Assembly (NCBI RefSeq): GCF_006345805.1
Contig: NC_043018.1
Location: forward strand, 26,598,001 to 26,662,000
Length of the DNA: 64,000 bases
DNA from: Octopus sinensis
Taxonomy: Eukaryota
Reading direction: 5' to 3'
The notes under the pieces are model-generated. The model saw only the letters and a list, made by a program, of their open reading frames with translations. It was not told the DNA's origin and did not search any database. Of the stretch, positions 11,461 to 23,764 are shown one piece after another. Each line of letters opens with the position of its first letter. Within the stretch, counting starts at the first letter, position 1. The translations under genes were made by a program, and so were the position numbers.

Positions 11461-11986
11461 GTAGTCTGATCAATATGTATCCAGACTGTTGCCATAGTAA
11501 CAATGCTAAAGCACACAGTGTGAAGCCGCTTGGCACACATTGACCTTGAACTCTGCTGTGCACGTGTAGTAAGTTTTAACGTTCTAGCTCACTTCCACTG
11601 TTTACAGCAGTGCTTGGAAGGAAGGTGTGTCGCGTGTAATCGTTGAGTTGACAGAACAGAGAAAGTTGAGCAGAGAATCGGCATCAAAGTTTGCCAAAAG
11701 CTTGGTGATACCGGCAAAGTTTTCAAAAAATTTTCATCGTTCTCGACAAAATCAAGATCTTGTGCAACTGAAACCTGCGTGTCTTCTTGGCCAGCTGAAA
11801 GCAGTTTTGGCACAAACTTAGTAGACACCTTCCTTCCAAGCACTGCTGTACACAGCGGAAGTGAGCTAGAATGTTAAAACTTAGTACGCATGCACAGCAG
11901 AGTTCAAGGTCAATGTGTGCCAAGCGGCTTCACTCTGTGTGCTTTAGCATTGTTACTATGGCAACAGTCCGGATACTTATTGAGAC
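11461..11986. mobile_element. Mariner-derived palindromic MITE made of two 5' ends
   Basis: 159-bp inverted arms (11470-11628 / 11825-11983, 9 mismatches). The spacer encodes the mariner N-terminus VEQRIGIKVCQKLGDT (+) and the linker RKVSTKFVPKLL...VAQDL...NDENFLKT (-). Confidence 0.8.
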
Positions 11987-12698
11987 AAAGGCAGTTGCAT
12001 TTTTACAAGAAACCAGCACTAAATTCACATCATTTCTTAAGAAAAAGGAATGTTCCACTTTGCTGTTTCATCTCCAATTTAAAAGGAGATTACTTTTCAG
12101 TTTGTGTTAGTACTACTTTCCATGTGATCTACATGAGCAAATTTACTTTGGTGGGTGATCTGTGCATTTATTTTAATTATTATAGGGTTTTCTTGAAAAA
12201 AAAAAACATTCGAACGGGATCGTTGCCAGTGTCGCTGGACTGGCTCCTGTGCAGGTGGCACATAAAAAGCACCATTTGAGCATGGCCGTTGCCAGTACCA
12301 CCTAACTGGCCCTCATGCCGGTGGCACATAAAAAGCATCTACTACACTCAGAGTGGTTGGTGTTAGGAAGGGCATCCAGCTGTAGAAACTCTGCCAGATC
12401 AGACTGGAGTCTGGGGCAGCCATCTGGTTCACCAGACTTCAGTCAATTCATCCAACCCATGCTAGCATGGAAAGCAGACGTTAAACGAACAATTATAAGA
12501 ATCTTTTTAAATGCATTTACAATGCTAAGTAATTACAAAATAATTTTAAAAGTGACCTAAAGTAATTTCTCTTGTCGATCACATGCCAAAGTAGCACCAA
12601 AGTAACCGTTTGTCCTTGTTTGTCCCCTCTGTGTTTAGCCCCTTGTGGGTCGTAAAGAAATATATACATATTTTTTTTTCTCTTTTCCTATTTTTCAG

Positions 12699-12721
12699 AA
12701 GTTGCAGCAGAGAAATCATGA
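12699..12721 (+). CDS. ATP5F1E: ATP synthase epsilon coding exon 3 (K-VAAEKS*)
   Basis: Long polypyrimidine tract plus TTTCAG acceptor; phase-1 junction gives AAA (Lys); TGA at 12719-12721. The exon is short, so this call rests on splice signals rather than homology. Confidence 0.8.
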
Positions 12722-13735
12722 GACTAAATAACATAGTAGCCATGTACTATGTACACACTGGCACCTTTTGCTTCCTTGAACTCTATAGTATGTTAAAAAA
12801 TTTAAGTAAAATCTATTTGTAAATGCCTTCAGTATCAAGTCTTGTTTTTTTTTATTTTTTTTACCTTTTATAGTTGTCTCCTCCTGGTCACTGAGTACCA
12901 CTATGGGTGCAATTCCTCTGAACAGACCTCTTGGCTGGCTGGGTGCTTTAGAATATATCTGGGTGGGCACTAATTTGTAATAATGCTAAAGTGGAATTTC
13001 GAAATAAGTGTATCACTGTAAATCTAAGGGGGCACCTTTGAATAATGGGGCATTACTGTCCAGCACCCCCCACTTAGTGAGGGGCGTGCCTCTTTATTCT
13101 TTTACTTGTTTCTGTCATTTGACTGCGGCCATGCTGGATCACCGCCTTTAGTCGAGCAAATCGACCCCAGGACTTATTCTTTGTAAGCCTAGTACTTATT
13201 CTATCAGTCTCTTTTGCCAAACCACTAAGTTACTTAAGGTGCTTAAACACACCAGCATCGGTTGTCAAGTGATGTTGGTGGGACAAACACAGACGTATAC
13301 ACACATACATATATACGATGGGCTTCTTTCAGTTTCTGTCTACCAAATCCACTCACAAGGCTTTGGTCGGCCCGAGGCTATAGTAGAAGACACTTGCCCA
13401 AGGTGCCATGCAGTAGGACTAAACCTAGAACCATGTGGTTGGTAAGCAAGCTTCTTACCACACAGCCTGTGAACGAACTATCTGCATATCTCCACTCTGG
13501 CTCACTTGATGCACAGTTTCTACCCAATTTCTCTTAGAAATACTATATCAGCACAATGCTTACCCAAGGAGGTCATACAGAATTAAAATCTAAAATGTTT
13601 GGCTGAAAGCAAATTTCTCAACCACACATCTTGACCTGTACCTCACCCTTCACCACAGCAGAAACACTTGTGGCCCTGAGGGGTCTGCTGACGAGAGGGA
13701 AGTGTTTCCAGCATTGCAATGGATTTAAAAGGGCT

Positions 13736-14478
13736 TGCAAAATGTCTGTGGACCTCCTGCATTTTCTTTCTGCATGGGGTCAAAGCATCTCTGATGTTTT
13801 ATTTCGTCTAATTATTTCCCAACAGAAATAGCAAAACAAATAAGTGATCAAGGGTTTGTGAAAGCAGATTAAAAAGAAACTTTTAATTAAAAATGAATCT
13901 CAATATAAAGAATAACAAATTATTTTGAAGAAAACTGGACGGAATTTAAGATATCTGGGGAAAATGTTTAGAAACCAGAGGACAGTGGAATGTAAATATC
14001 TTTCACCCTTTTGCATCCAGCCCAAAGTTCTTACTGGTTTTATGTTCAAACTCGTTAGATCCAGCCTCTTACATCTACCCTACAATGTCATTCTAAAAAC
14101 AATCACACCATCAGACCCTAAAAGTTATGAGATTAAGGCATGATTAATTCAAAATATTATAAATAAATAGTTTTATATTTGACAGAGTAATCTGAATGCT
14201 AAAGGGTTAAAATTTTCTAGAACGCTTTGTGGCATTAACATGATCTGGTATAAGATAACCTCTTTGATGTATTACTCTCTCTCTCTCTCTTTTACTTGTT
14301 TCAGTCATTTGACTGCAGCCATGCTGGAGCACCGCCTTTAGTCGAGCAAATAAACCCCGGGACTTATTCTTTTAAACCCAGTACTTATTCTATCGGTCTC
14401 TTTTGCCGAATCGCTAAGTGACCGGGATGTAAACACACCAGCATCGGTTGTCAAGCAATGCTAGGGGGACAAACACAA

Positions 14479-14530
<52 letters not shown>

Positions 14531-15271
14531 TTGTGTTTGTCCCCCTAGCATTGCTTGACAACCGATGCTGGTGTGTTTACATCCCGGTCACTTAGCGATT
14601 CGGCAAAAGAGACCGATAGAATAAGTACTGGGTTTAAAAGAATAAGTCCCGGGGTTTATTTGCTCGACTAAAGGCGGTGCTCCAGCATGGCTGCAGTCAA
14701 ATGACTGAAACAAGTAAAAGAGAGAGAGAGAGAGTAATACATCAAAGAGGTTATCTTATACCAGATCATGTTAATGCCACAAAGCGTTCTAGAAAATTTT
14801 AACCCTTTAGCATTCAGATTACTCTGTCAAATATAAAACTATTTATTTATAATATTTTGAATTAATCATGCCTTAATCTCATAACTTTTAGGGTCTGATG
14901 GTGTAATTGTTTTTAGAATGACATTGTAGGGTAGATGTAAGAGGCTGGATCTAACGAGTTTGAACATAAAACCAGTAAGAACTTTGGGCTGGATGCAAAA
15001 GGGTGAAAGATATTTACATTCCTGTCCTCTGGTTTCTAAACATTTTCCCCAGATATCTTAAATTCCGTCCAGTTTTCTTCAAAATAATTTGTTATTCTTT
15101 ATATTGAGATTCATTTTTAATTAAAAGTTTCTTTTTAATCTGCTTTCACAAACCCTTGATCACTTATTTGTTTTGCTATTTCTGTTGGGAAATAATTAGA
15201 CGAAATAAAACATCAGAGATGCTTTGACCCCATGCAGAAAGAAAATGCAGGAGGTCCACAGACATTTTGCA
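13736..15271. repeat. ~1.54-kb near-perfect palindrome centred on (AT)13
   Basis: 13736-14490 is the reverse complement of 14517-15271. Differences I found: one substitution, one 2-bp indel, one extra GT unit. Confidence 0.95.
14803..15003. mobile_element. piggyBac-like MITE inside the palindrome arm (mirror copy ~14004-14204)
   Basis: TTAA|CCCTTTAGCATTCAGA left end; degenerate ...GCAAAAGGG right end; related pieces near 51400-51930. Confidence 0.45.
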
Positions 15272-16880
15272 TATATATATACACACACATATATACGAAA
15301 GGCTTCTTTCAGTTTCCGTCTACCAAATCCACTCACAAGGCATTGGTTGCCCAAGATGCCACGCAGTGGGACTGAACCCAGAACCATGTGGTTGGTTAGC
15401 AAGCTACTTACCACACAGCCACTTTTGTTTCATTTGTTTTAGTGTCCATTTTGTTCCAATGCTAGCATGAGTTGGATATTTAGGGGTAAAATTTTACAAC
15501 CAGATACCCTTTGCGCTGGTAAGCTCTTACCTCTTTTCCAATTAAGGGACCCCCTCCCCTACTAGTCTTCCAAAGTGCATTAACATGATGCAGGATAAAT
15601 CCCTTGCTTTGGATTGGATAGCTGGATATTAGTCTGCTCTAGATAATAAAAAGATCTCAGAAAATCTGCCACCTGTCCTGGAAGACTAGCTTAAGCTATG
15701 AAGAAACTGAATTGACTTGATTTCATCATCATCGTATAACGTCCGCTTTCCATGCTGGCATGAGTTGGACAGTTCAACTGGGATCTGGGAAGCCAGAAGG
15801 CTGCACCAGGCCCAGTCTGATCTGGCAGTGTTTCTACAGCTGGATGCCCTTCCTAACGCCAACCACTCCGTGAGTGTAGTGGGTGCTTTTTACTTGCCAC
15901 CGGCACAGGGGCCAGACGAAGCTGGCAACGGTCACGGTCGGATGGTGCTTTTTACGTGCCACCGGCACGGGGACCAGACGAAGCTGGCAACGGCCAGATG
16001 GTGCCTTTTACGTGCCACCGACACGGAGGCCAGTCGGGCGGCGCTGGCTACGGCCACGTCCATATGGTTCTCCTACATTCCACCGGCACTGGTATCACAG
16101 CTACAAATTCCATTATATAACAAAATAGATTTGACCATGTGATCTTTGCAGAATCTTCCTCAGCCTGTCACTGAAGGATGGCAGCAGTTTTTATATTAAT
16201 TAGCATCATGGCCCATTACTGGAACTTACTAGTGACATCACGTATTTCACATGATCATACTGCTTAATTACAAAGAAATGCAAATTTTTTTTGTGCATTT
16301 TTTACAATGTTTCATAATTAAACTTTAATATTTAGCACTTGTGTTATTTAAATACCCTCGAAACGAAGCCAAAAATACAGGATAAATTATTTTCTCAAAT
16401 AATGAAAATGTTCCACGGGTGGTACATGTGGCAGTTGTGTGAAGTTTGATGAAATGTCAGTGGCACATGTGGCTGTTAATGTGTTGAATTTATCAAAAAA
16501 CTGTTTATCAACATGATAAAGTCAATTTGTGGAAGAACTATTTGATAACACAAACTGGCTAAATTCATTTTCAGTTTGAATATTATTTCATGAAGCATCT
16601 CCATGTTTAGTCACATGACTACAACCGGGTCACCAAAGTGCAGTTCTACTGCAATTTGTAGTGGATTTGTATTAGTGACCAAGTCACAACTGATGCTTCA
16701 TGAAATAAATTTACCATATATGCCAGCATCCCAATTTACAAGTGTTTTGTGGAAAAACGACATTTAATTTTTGCTTCCTTATCACATGGCTCCAGGCTTC
16801 AGTCCCACAGTGTGACACCTTAGGCAAGTGTTCTCTACTATAGCCTCAGGCCAACCAAAGCCTTGTGAGTGGATTTGGTC

Positions 16881-17350
16881 ACTTGTTGGAGGATAATGTT
16901 TTACCATGGGTGACCGAAATACTTAGAGGTAATTACATGTCCACACAAGATGGTGTGCCTTCTCATATATCCAGTGTGACACAGCAGTGGTGCAGGAACC
17001 ATTTCAGCAGGTTTTGGGACAAGAATGTGTGGGTCCTCCTTCAGCCCAGGTGTCAACCCTATGGACTTCGCTATATTCAAGAGTTCCTTACAAAAAAAAT
17101 CACTGCTCTGAAGAAAGCCTTAGTCGTGTCATGGGATCGTTTAAGTAAAGAAGTCATCTGGCATTTGTGTGACTCTTTTCAGCTGTCTTCTGGTGACTGT
17201 GAAGGCTAAAGCTGGACATATTGAATGAAACATAACTCATTATGCTATATGAACCTATTTAATTAAATCTGAAAGAACTTGAGTTTTTATGCCCTTTACT
17301 AAAAATTATGACTAAAGCTCAATCAGGAATTCTTTACGCTGCGAACCCTG
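16881..17350 (+). mobile_element. Tc1/mariner-superfamily (maT/DD37D-like) transposase remnant with right TIR
   Basis: TQDGVPSH...TQQWC.NHFSRFWDK..W (decayed QDGAPAH...WPPxSPD region) and C-terminal VKAKAGHIE*; ends ...GCGAACCCTG|TA at 17350-17352. Confidence 0.8.
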
Positions 17351-18378
17351 TATTTCAGAAACTAGTCTGTGGCCATACTGGGGTACTGCCTTGAAGAATT
17401 TAATCAAGTGAATTGACCCCAGTACTTTCTTTTTTTTTTTTTCCTCTCTAAAGCCTGGTACTTATTCTATCACTCTCTTTTGCCGAACTGCTAAGTTACA
17501 ATATTGTAAGCACACCAGCACTTGTTTTCAAATGGTGGTAACACACATCACATCATCATCCTTTAACATTCGTTTTCCATGCTGGCATGGGTTGGATGGT
17601 TAGACCAGAGCTGGCAAGCAGGAAAGCTGCACCAAGCACCAGTCTGATTTGGTTTGGGTTTCTAAGGCTGGATGCTCTTCCTAACACCAACCACTTCACA
17701 GTGTGTGCTGGGTGCTTTTAACATGGCACGATTAAAGGATGTGCCCATATATGATGGGTTTCTTTCAGTTTCTGTCTACCAAATCCACCCAGATGGCTTT
17801 TGGTCAGCCCGAGGCTATAGGAGACATTTACTCAAGTTGCAACTTAAGCGGGACTTGAACCATGGGGCCAGGAAGCAAACTTCTTACCACACAGCTACAC
17901 TTGCATAACAATTTGTTTTGTCATATTCAAGAATTAAAAAAAAAAAAAAATGCAGGTCTTATATGCTAAATTTCAAATGCATTTAACAGCTTTGTGTGTT
18001 ATAAAAAGACTCTTCCACAATATAAGTGCTTCAGTATGAACACAGTCTTAGATTAAGTTACTCACTCGACAAATTAAAACTCAAGAAAATCGATTTTCTG
18101 AAAAATTATTTTTTTTTCTTTCTTCTGGGGTCAAAATTTCCCTCCTACCATCACCACAGTCTGTTCTTCCACCCCTTTTAACAGACAGTTACAAAATAGT
18201 GATAGAAATACATTTTGTGAGATGACGAAATAAATGTCTCTTTTTTTTTTCTCTAATAACTTAAGGTGTGTGTGTTACTCGTCAGATTAAATATACCCGG
18301 AGTTGGAAACTTTCACGTCATGATTGGTTCAATTATCGTTCAATACAGTTTGGTAGAGAATGTTGCTTCTCCAGAGAA

Positions 18379-18455
18379 TTACTGTATAGCACAGACTGAA
18401 CTGGACTTGTCATTCACTGGTTGACCAAACTGGTTTTCAGCTCGACGACGGTTCG
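18379..18455 (-). CDS. INPP5E: INPP5E coding exon 11 (A-NRRRAENQFGQPVNDKSSSVCAIQ*), CaaX terminus
   Basis: TTACAG acceptor at 18456-18457; ends SSSVCAIQ-TAA, a CaaX box like the vertebrate SSTICSVS. Confidence 0.93.
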
Positions 18456-18904
18456 CTGTAAAGAGACACAAAAGTTTGAAACGGTTAGAACATTTTCAGT
18501 CAGGGACGTCAGCTGCGTGAGGGAACAACAGTTCAGTTTTGGTGCTCTTTCAGAGAAAGTACATCAAAACTGAAAGTATGTTTGGTGATTCCTGTAAAAT
18601 GTGTTTTATTTCTTCAATTTTTTTTTCAGCTGAATGGCTTATGTTTATGTATTTTTTGTGTATGTATGTGTTTATGCATGTGTGTGTGTGTGTGCATGTA
18701 TGCACAGCAGTAACAGTGTTGAGTATCATGGAAAATACCGGACACTCAAGCATCAATCTCAATATCCTAGCTGTCCCCATTAGAGCAGTTTTTTTTGGTC
18801 CTGCTCTGCCCTCGTGTTAATTCCAATTTCTCTGACATATTTCTCAAACTTGGTTGTTAGTGCTCCGAGTGCCCCTTCAACTCCTGAGATGACAGACACT
18901 CTCT

Positions 18905-19430
18905 TCATTATTATTATTATTGAGTGAGAGAGCAGTGCATGCCATCAAAGTGATACTGGGGTAAAATATACGAGGCCCAGTACACCCATGTATCACAACA
19001 TGGTGATCTCATGTCAGGCACATGCATCCCATGATTGATCTCATGTCAAGATAAATAGCGCATGACTTTGCAGGTGGGGCCCAGTTAGAATTTTCTTCAG
19101 GGTGAGTAGCCCATCCTGCTCAAAAGGTCCCTGAATAAGGATGTCGAACGAAACACCCATGTTTCCAGAAATAAAGTAAACCCCAAAGAATTCCTCTCAA
19201 CACATGGCTACGATGCTCCCCCACTACTTCTGCTCGTGATCAGAGATGCACATATCGTCAGCCACTAAGGGACATGCTCAACTGGTTAAGGTCAAACAAC
19301 TGACAAGCAAATCTGTGGCATTGAGCAGAATATTTGCTGTAGCCCATCTTTTATACCAAGACAATGTACTTGATAACACTTCCAATCAATTAAGATCAAA
19401 AGCCATGAGAGACAGTGCTGGTATCAATAT
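18905..19430 (-). mobile_element. Unclassified retro-derived repeat with (AAT)n tail
   Basis: (TTA)n tail at the left end and a GC-richer body. Only one copy is in the window, so the classification is tentative. Confidence 0.35.
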
Positions 19431-19683
19431 TATTACAGCAAGTTAAATGAGTGTATAGAAGAGTCATGGGCAATCTGTGGCCTGTGGCACTTTCTGAATG
19501 GCACACCTAATGAAAAATTATTTTGAATTTCTTTAGTAGTGTGGCATGCCTGGTGGTGACTCATGTCTCATGTGGTCTGCATCTTGGAAAAGGTTATATC
19601 CATGTCTGATATAGGGGCTCACCTGGTCATGGCACCACACCTTTGTACCTAGATTAGATATCAGCTTTAGTTTAAACACTTAC

Positions 19684-19730
19684 CTTCAATATAAACTTCT
19701 CGGTTGAATTTTCCAGCAGCCAATGCCATC
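19684..19730 (-). CDS. INPP5E: INPP5E coding exon 10, 47-nt microexon (MALAAGKFNREVYIE)
   Basis: Matches the vertebrate IPLAAGKFDRELYL segment; CTAG acceptor, GTAAGT donor; phases 2/1. Confidence 0.93.
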
Positions 19731-20269
19731 CTAGAAAAATTTGGAAAAAGAAACAAAATTTAGTGTCTTCAACATAGGTGCAAGGTGTGGCTGTGTGCTA
19801 AGTAAGTCTGCTTCCCAACTACACAGTTCCAGGTTCAGTCTCATTGTGTGGCACCTTGGGCAAGTGTCTTCTACTATAGCCTCAAACTAGTCAAAACCTT
19901 GTGGGTGAATTTGGTAGATGGAAACTGAACGAATCCTGCTGGTGTGTGTACTTATATATTGTAGAACCTCACAGTATGAGTGCCCCATTGTACGAGCTTA
20001 GACTCATGCAAATTTTTGTCTTGAAGTACGAGTGGAATTCCGTAGTTAGGAGCACACAAATCATCCCATCTTTAATGTAATTCAGTTAAACTTGTAACTA
20101 CATCTTTTATGTTTTAAAATCCATAGAAAAAATTATTTTGAGTAGTTTTGGGATGCTGGAACAGATTATATTTTAGTTAATTTCAAAGGGGAAAATTGAT
20201 TTGTAAAACGAGTAAATCGTAAGACGAGCTCGGTCATGGAACGAATTAAACTCGTACTGTGAGGTATCA

Positions 20270-20632
20270 CTACATACATATATATATACACACACATACA
20301 TATATGTATGTATGACATACATACATATACATACTTACATTACATACATACATATATATACATACATATACATACACACACACATGCATACATACATATA
20401 CATACATACACATACATACACATACATACACACATATACATACACATATATACATACACATATATACATACACATATATACATACACATATATACATACA
20501 CATATATACATACATACACATATATACATACACACACATACATACATACACACACACACATACACATATATACATACACACACACATATATACATACACA
20601 CACACACATACACACACATATACATACACACA
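20270..20632. repeat. Compound (TACA)n/(CA)n/(TA)n microsatellite
   Basis: Direct inspection; source of the spurious H/I/Y/T ORFs. Confidence 0.95.
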
Positions 20633-22207
20633 TATGGCCTGTGGCACTTTCTGAATGGCACACCTAATGAAAAACTTCTATACATGTATGTATATGTATG
20701 TTATGCATACACACACACATATATACGTACATATATACATATATATATGTGTGTGTGTATGTGCCCACTACTGCTTGACGACTGGTTTTAGTGTGTTTAC
20801 TAAGTACTAAGCTTAAAAAAATAAGTCATGGTGTTTTGTTTAATTAAAACCCTTCAAGGTGGTGCCCCAGCATGGCAACAGTCAAAAGACTGAAGCAAGA
20901 TCTCTTGTTTATTATTGTTATTATTTAACTCCCAAGATGGTCGTGATCTAGCTACCCTATAATTAAATGCATTCTAGTCATGCACCTTGGCATCCTATCT
21001 TATTGTCATGGGTGTATAGTATTAGAGTACATTATTCAATGCGTCAGGGTGTGATTTAAAGGAGATTTGGCTGCTATTTCTAGCATATTGAACGATCACG
21101 TAGAAGCGCCATTCACACCACGACCTCACTTAGTCCATCAAGAACTTCATTTTATGTTGCTCTGATCGTTTTGACATCTGACATGCAACATACTGTGCCA
21201 TACACCTGTACAGGCAATGTCAATTTGATGGAGGGGCTTCAGCTCACACACAGCACAAACCTTTGATCACTGTAAACAAATCTTCTGAGCAGGTTACTCT
21301 TTACTCGTTTCAGTCGTTTGACTGCGGCCATGCTGGAGCACCGCCTTTAATCGAGCAACTCGACCCCAGGACTTATTCTTTTGTAAGCCCAGTACTTATT
21401 CTATCAGTCTCTTTTGCTGAACCGCTAGGTAATGGAGACATAGACACACCAGCATCGGTTGTCAAGCAATGCTAGGGGGACAAACACAGACACACAAACA
21501 TACATATATACGACGGGCTTCTTTCAGTTTCCATCTACCAAATCCACTCACAAGGCTTTGGTCGGCCCGAGGCTATAGTAGAAGACACTTGCCCAAGGTG
21601 CCACGCAGTGGGGCTGAACCCAGAACCATGTGGTTGGTAAACAAGCTACTTACCACACAGCCACTCCTGAAATAATTTTATGTTGTTTTGCTATCACTAG
21701 GACATCTGTGGTATACCTATTTCTTTACTACCCACAAGTGGTTAAACACAGAGGGGACAAACAAGGACAGACAAACGGATTAAGTCGATTACATCAACCC
21801 CAGTGCGTAACTGGTATTTAATTTATCGACCCCGAAAGGATGAAAGGCAAAGTAGACCTCAGCAGAATTTAAACTCAGAATGTAGCGGCAGACAAAAGAC
21901 GCATTTCGCCCGGTGTGCTAACATTTCTGTGGTATACCATGCACCTGTACAGGCAATGTCAATTTGATAGAAGGCTTGAACTTATGTACATTGTAACCAT
22001 TTGATCACTATAAACAAACCATGTGCACATGTTGTTCAACAAGAAATTACAGAAACCCTTATCTGTCATCTAAAATAGACGAGTCCTTGATTCTATTCTA
22101 CATCATTTACCACCTCAGCACTCTGAAATACTAACAGCATAAAAGTGACATAATCTTTCTCCATTTCCTGGCCAAAATATAATCGAAAATCTTATATGAA
22201 TACTCAC

Positions 22208-22344
22208 GTGTCCCTTCCAGGTCTCAGCGAAACTTCAAACACTCCGTAAACAGGTTTGTGGTCTGATAAGTTGATGTTCATGACACTGTTATAATCAGTA
22301 CAAACAATGATGTTTTTACGTCGTGAACGAAACAATATTCTGTC
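22208..22344 (-). CDS. INPP5E: INPP5E coding exon 9 (DRILFRSRRK...SDHKPVYGVFEVSLRPGRD-T)
   Basis: DRIL and SDHKPV catalytic motifs; TGCAG acceptor, GTGAGT donor; phases 0/2. Confidence 0.97.
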
Positions 22345-23488
22345 CTGCAAAAGAAAGAGACAATAGCATCACATTACAACTGATAAGGTATGACCATATA
22401 ATGCAGTGGTTCCCAAAGTGGGGCATTTTGGAGTAGCAATAATGATAGGTTCATTTGTTTAAATTTTATTTGTGAAATACAGTTGTTTTGAATTTGCTTC
22501 AGAAAGGGGTCTGTGTTTGTGATGATTAGTTGGGGCGGGGTCGCTAGGAATGTGGTGCGAGGGGTCAAGGAGGCAGCAGCCCAGAAAAATTTGGGAACCA
22601 CTGATATAAGGTATAGGTATAATACTGACGATAATGACCATATAAGGTATAGGAATGATATTGATGGTACGATCACATAAGGTAGTATATACTATATATA
22701 TTATCATACCAACTCATTACCACCATTTTGACATCCATTTTTCCAATACTTGCATGGGTCTGGCAGAGTCTTTTGAAGATTTTCTGGCCGCTTTCATTTG
22801 TTCCCTCAAGGTCGGGCATGGAAATGAACAACATTGCTTGTATGATGGCGATGCTCATTTACAACCGTAATGACCAGACAAGGGGGAACACAAGTACACA
22901 TCAGGCCTGTGGAGTCAGAGTCAGAAACAATTAAGGGGTAGTCGGAGTCAGTGAAACTATAAACCAGTTATTAAATGCAGTCCTACTCAAAGTACCATGT
23001 TTAAGATGGTAAGGTGGTGTTATTTGAGGGTGATCTAGCTGTTCTTTCTAGCAGGTCAGGAAACTGTGAAGAGGTTCTCCTGTTAGCTATTAAATGTTGT
23101 TTAACCCTTGGCCTGTTCTGATCAAACAAGTCAATGATCAAGCTATTTCAGCCATGGCCATCCTCCCTGTTAGCATTTACTTGTTGCAGTCATCAATGGC
23201 CATGCTGGAGCATGGCTTTAACATGTTTAATCTAACAAATCAACGTCAGTATGTACTTAATTTCTTTTTCAAGTCCAGTATTTATTTTATCAGTCTCTGT
23301 TGCTCAATTGCTAGATTACAGATATAGTGGCTGTGTGGTAAGAAGCTTGCTTACCAACCACATGGTTCCAGGTTCCTTGTGTCTTCTACTATAGCCTCGG
23401 GCCAACCAAAGCCTTGTGAGTGGATTTGGCAGATAGAAACTGAAAGAAGCCTGTTGTGTGTGTGTATATATATATATTTATATATATC

Positions 23489-23764
23489 ACCGTGACTGAC
23501 CAGGCTATCAGATGTTGCTACACATTGCTGGTCACAATGCGCGTCGCATTGTTTTAGCCTTCAAATGACGCCACCCTGCTGGCTAAGTGAGCAGGCCGAC
23601 AGAAGAAAGTTGTGGCGAAAGAGTACAGCAGGGATCGCAACCACCCCGCTGCTGGAGCCTCATGGAGCTTTAGGCGTTTTCACTCAATAAACACTCACAA
23701 CGCCGGGGTCTGGGAATCGAAACCGCAAGTCCGCTGCCCTAACCACTGGGCCATTGCACCTCCA
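23489..23764 (-). mobile_element. tRNA-derived SINE (distinct family)
   Basis: The - strand head GGAGGTGCAATGGCCCAGTGGTTAGGGCAGCGG...GGTTTCGATTCCC carries A and B boxes. Confidence 0.7.

Larger units (their letters stand above)
7410..12721 (+). other. ATP5F1E: Gene model: mitochondrial ATP synthase F1 subunit epsilon, join(7410..7441,10585..10715,12699..12721), 61 aa
   Basis: Spliced product is MSTFWRQAGLNYVQFSSICAKVVRSCLQPAPRAAAEKQSQAFVKATRWEGGKPVKVAAEKS*. The WRQAGL.Y...S.ICAK.VR signature matches the epsilon family. Junctions are GT-AG with phases 2 and 1; 186 nt = 62 codons including the stop. Confidence 0.95.

Noticed and set aside
13239-13537. Recurrent short ORFs such as ...GFGRPEAIVEDTCPRCHAVGLNPEPCG
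   Set aside because: These repeat across the window because they are antisense frames of SINE family A, not a gene family.
19476-20674. 40-bp direct repeat (TGGCCTGTGGCACTTTCTGAATGGCACACCTAATGAAAAA) flanking INPP5E exon 10
   Set aside because: A related sequence occurs at ~63140-63170 and resembles a hAT-type transposon end, so it is dispersed repeat debris rather than an exon-specific element.
20270-20791. Overlapping 100-160-aa ORFs (HIYT/VCMY repeats)
   Set aside because: Translations of a compound microsatellite.
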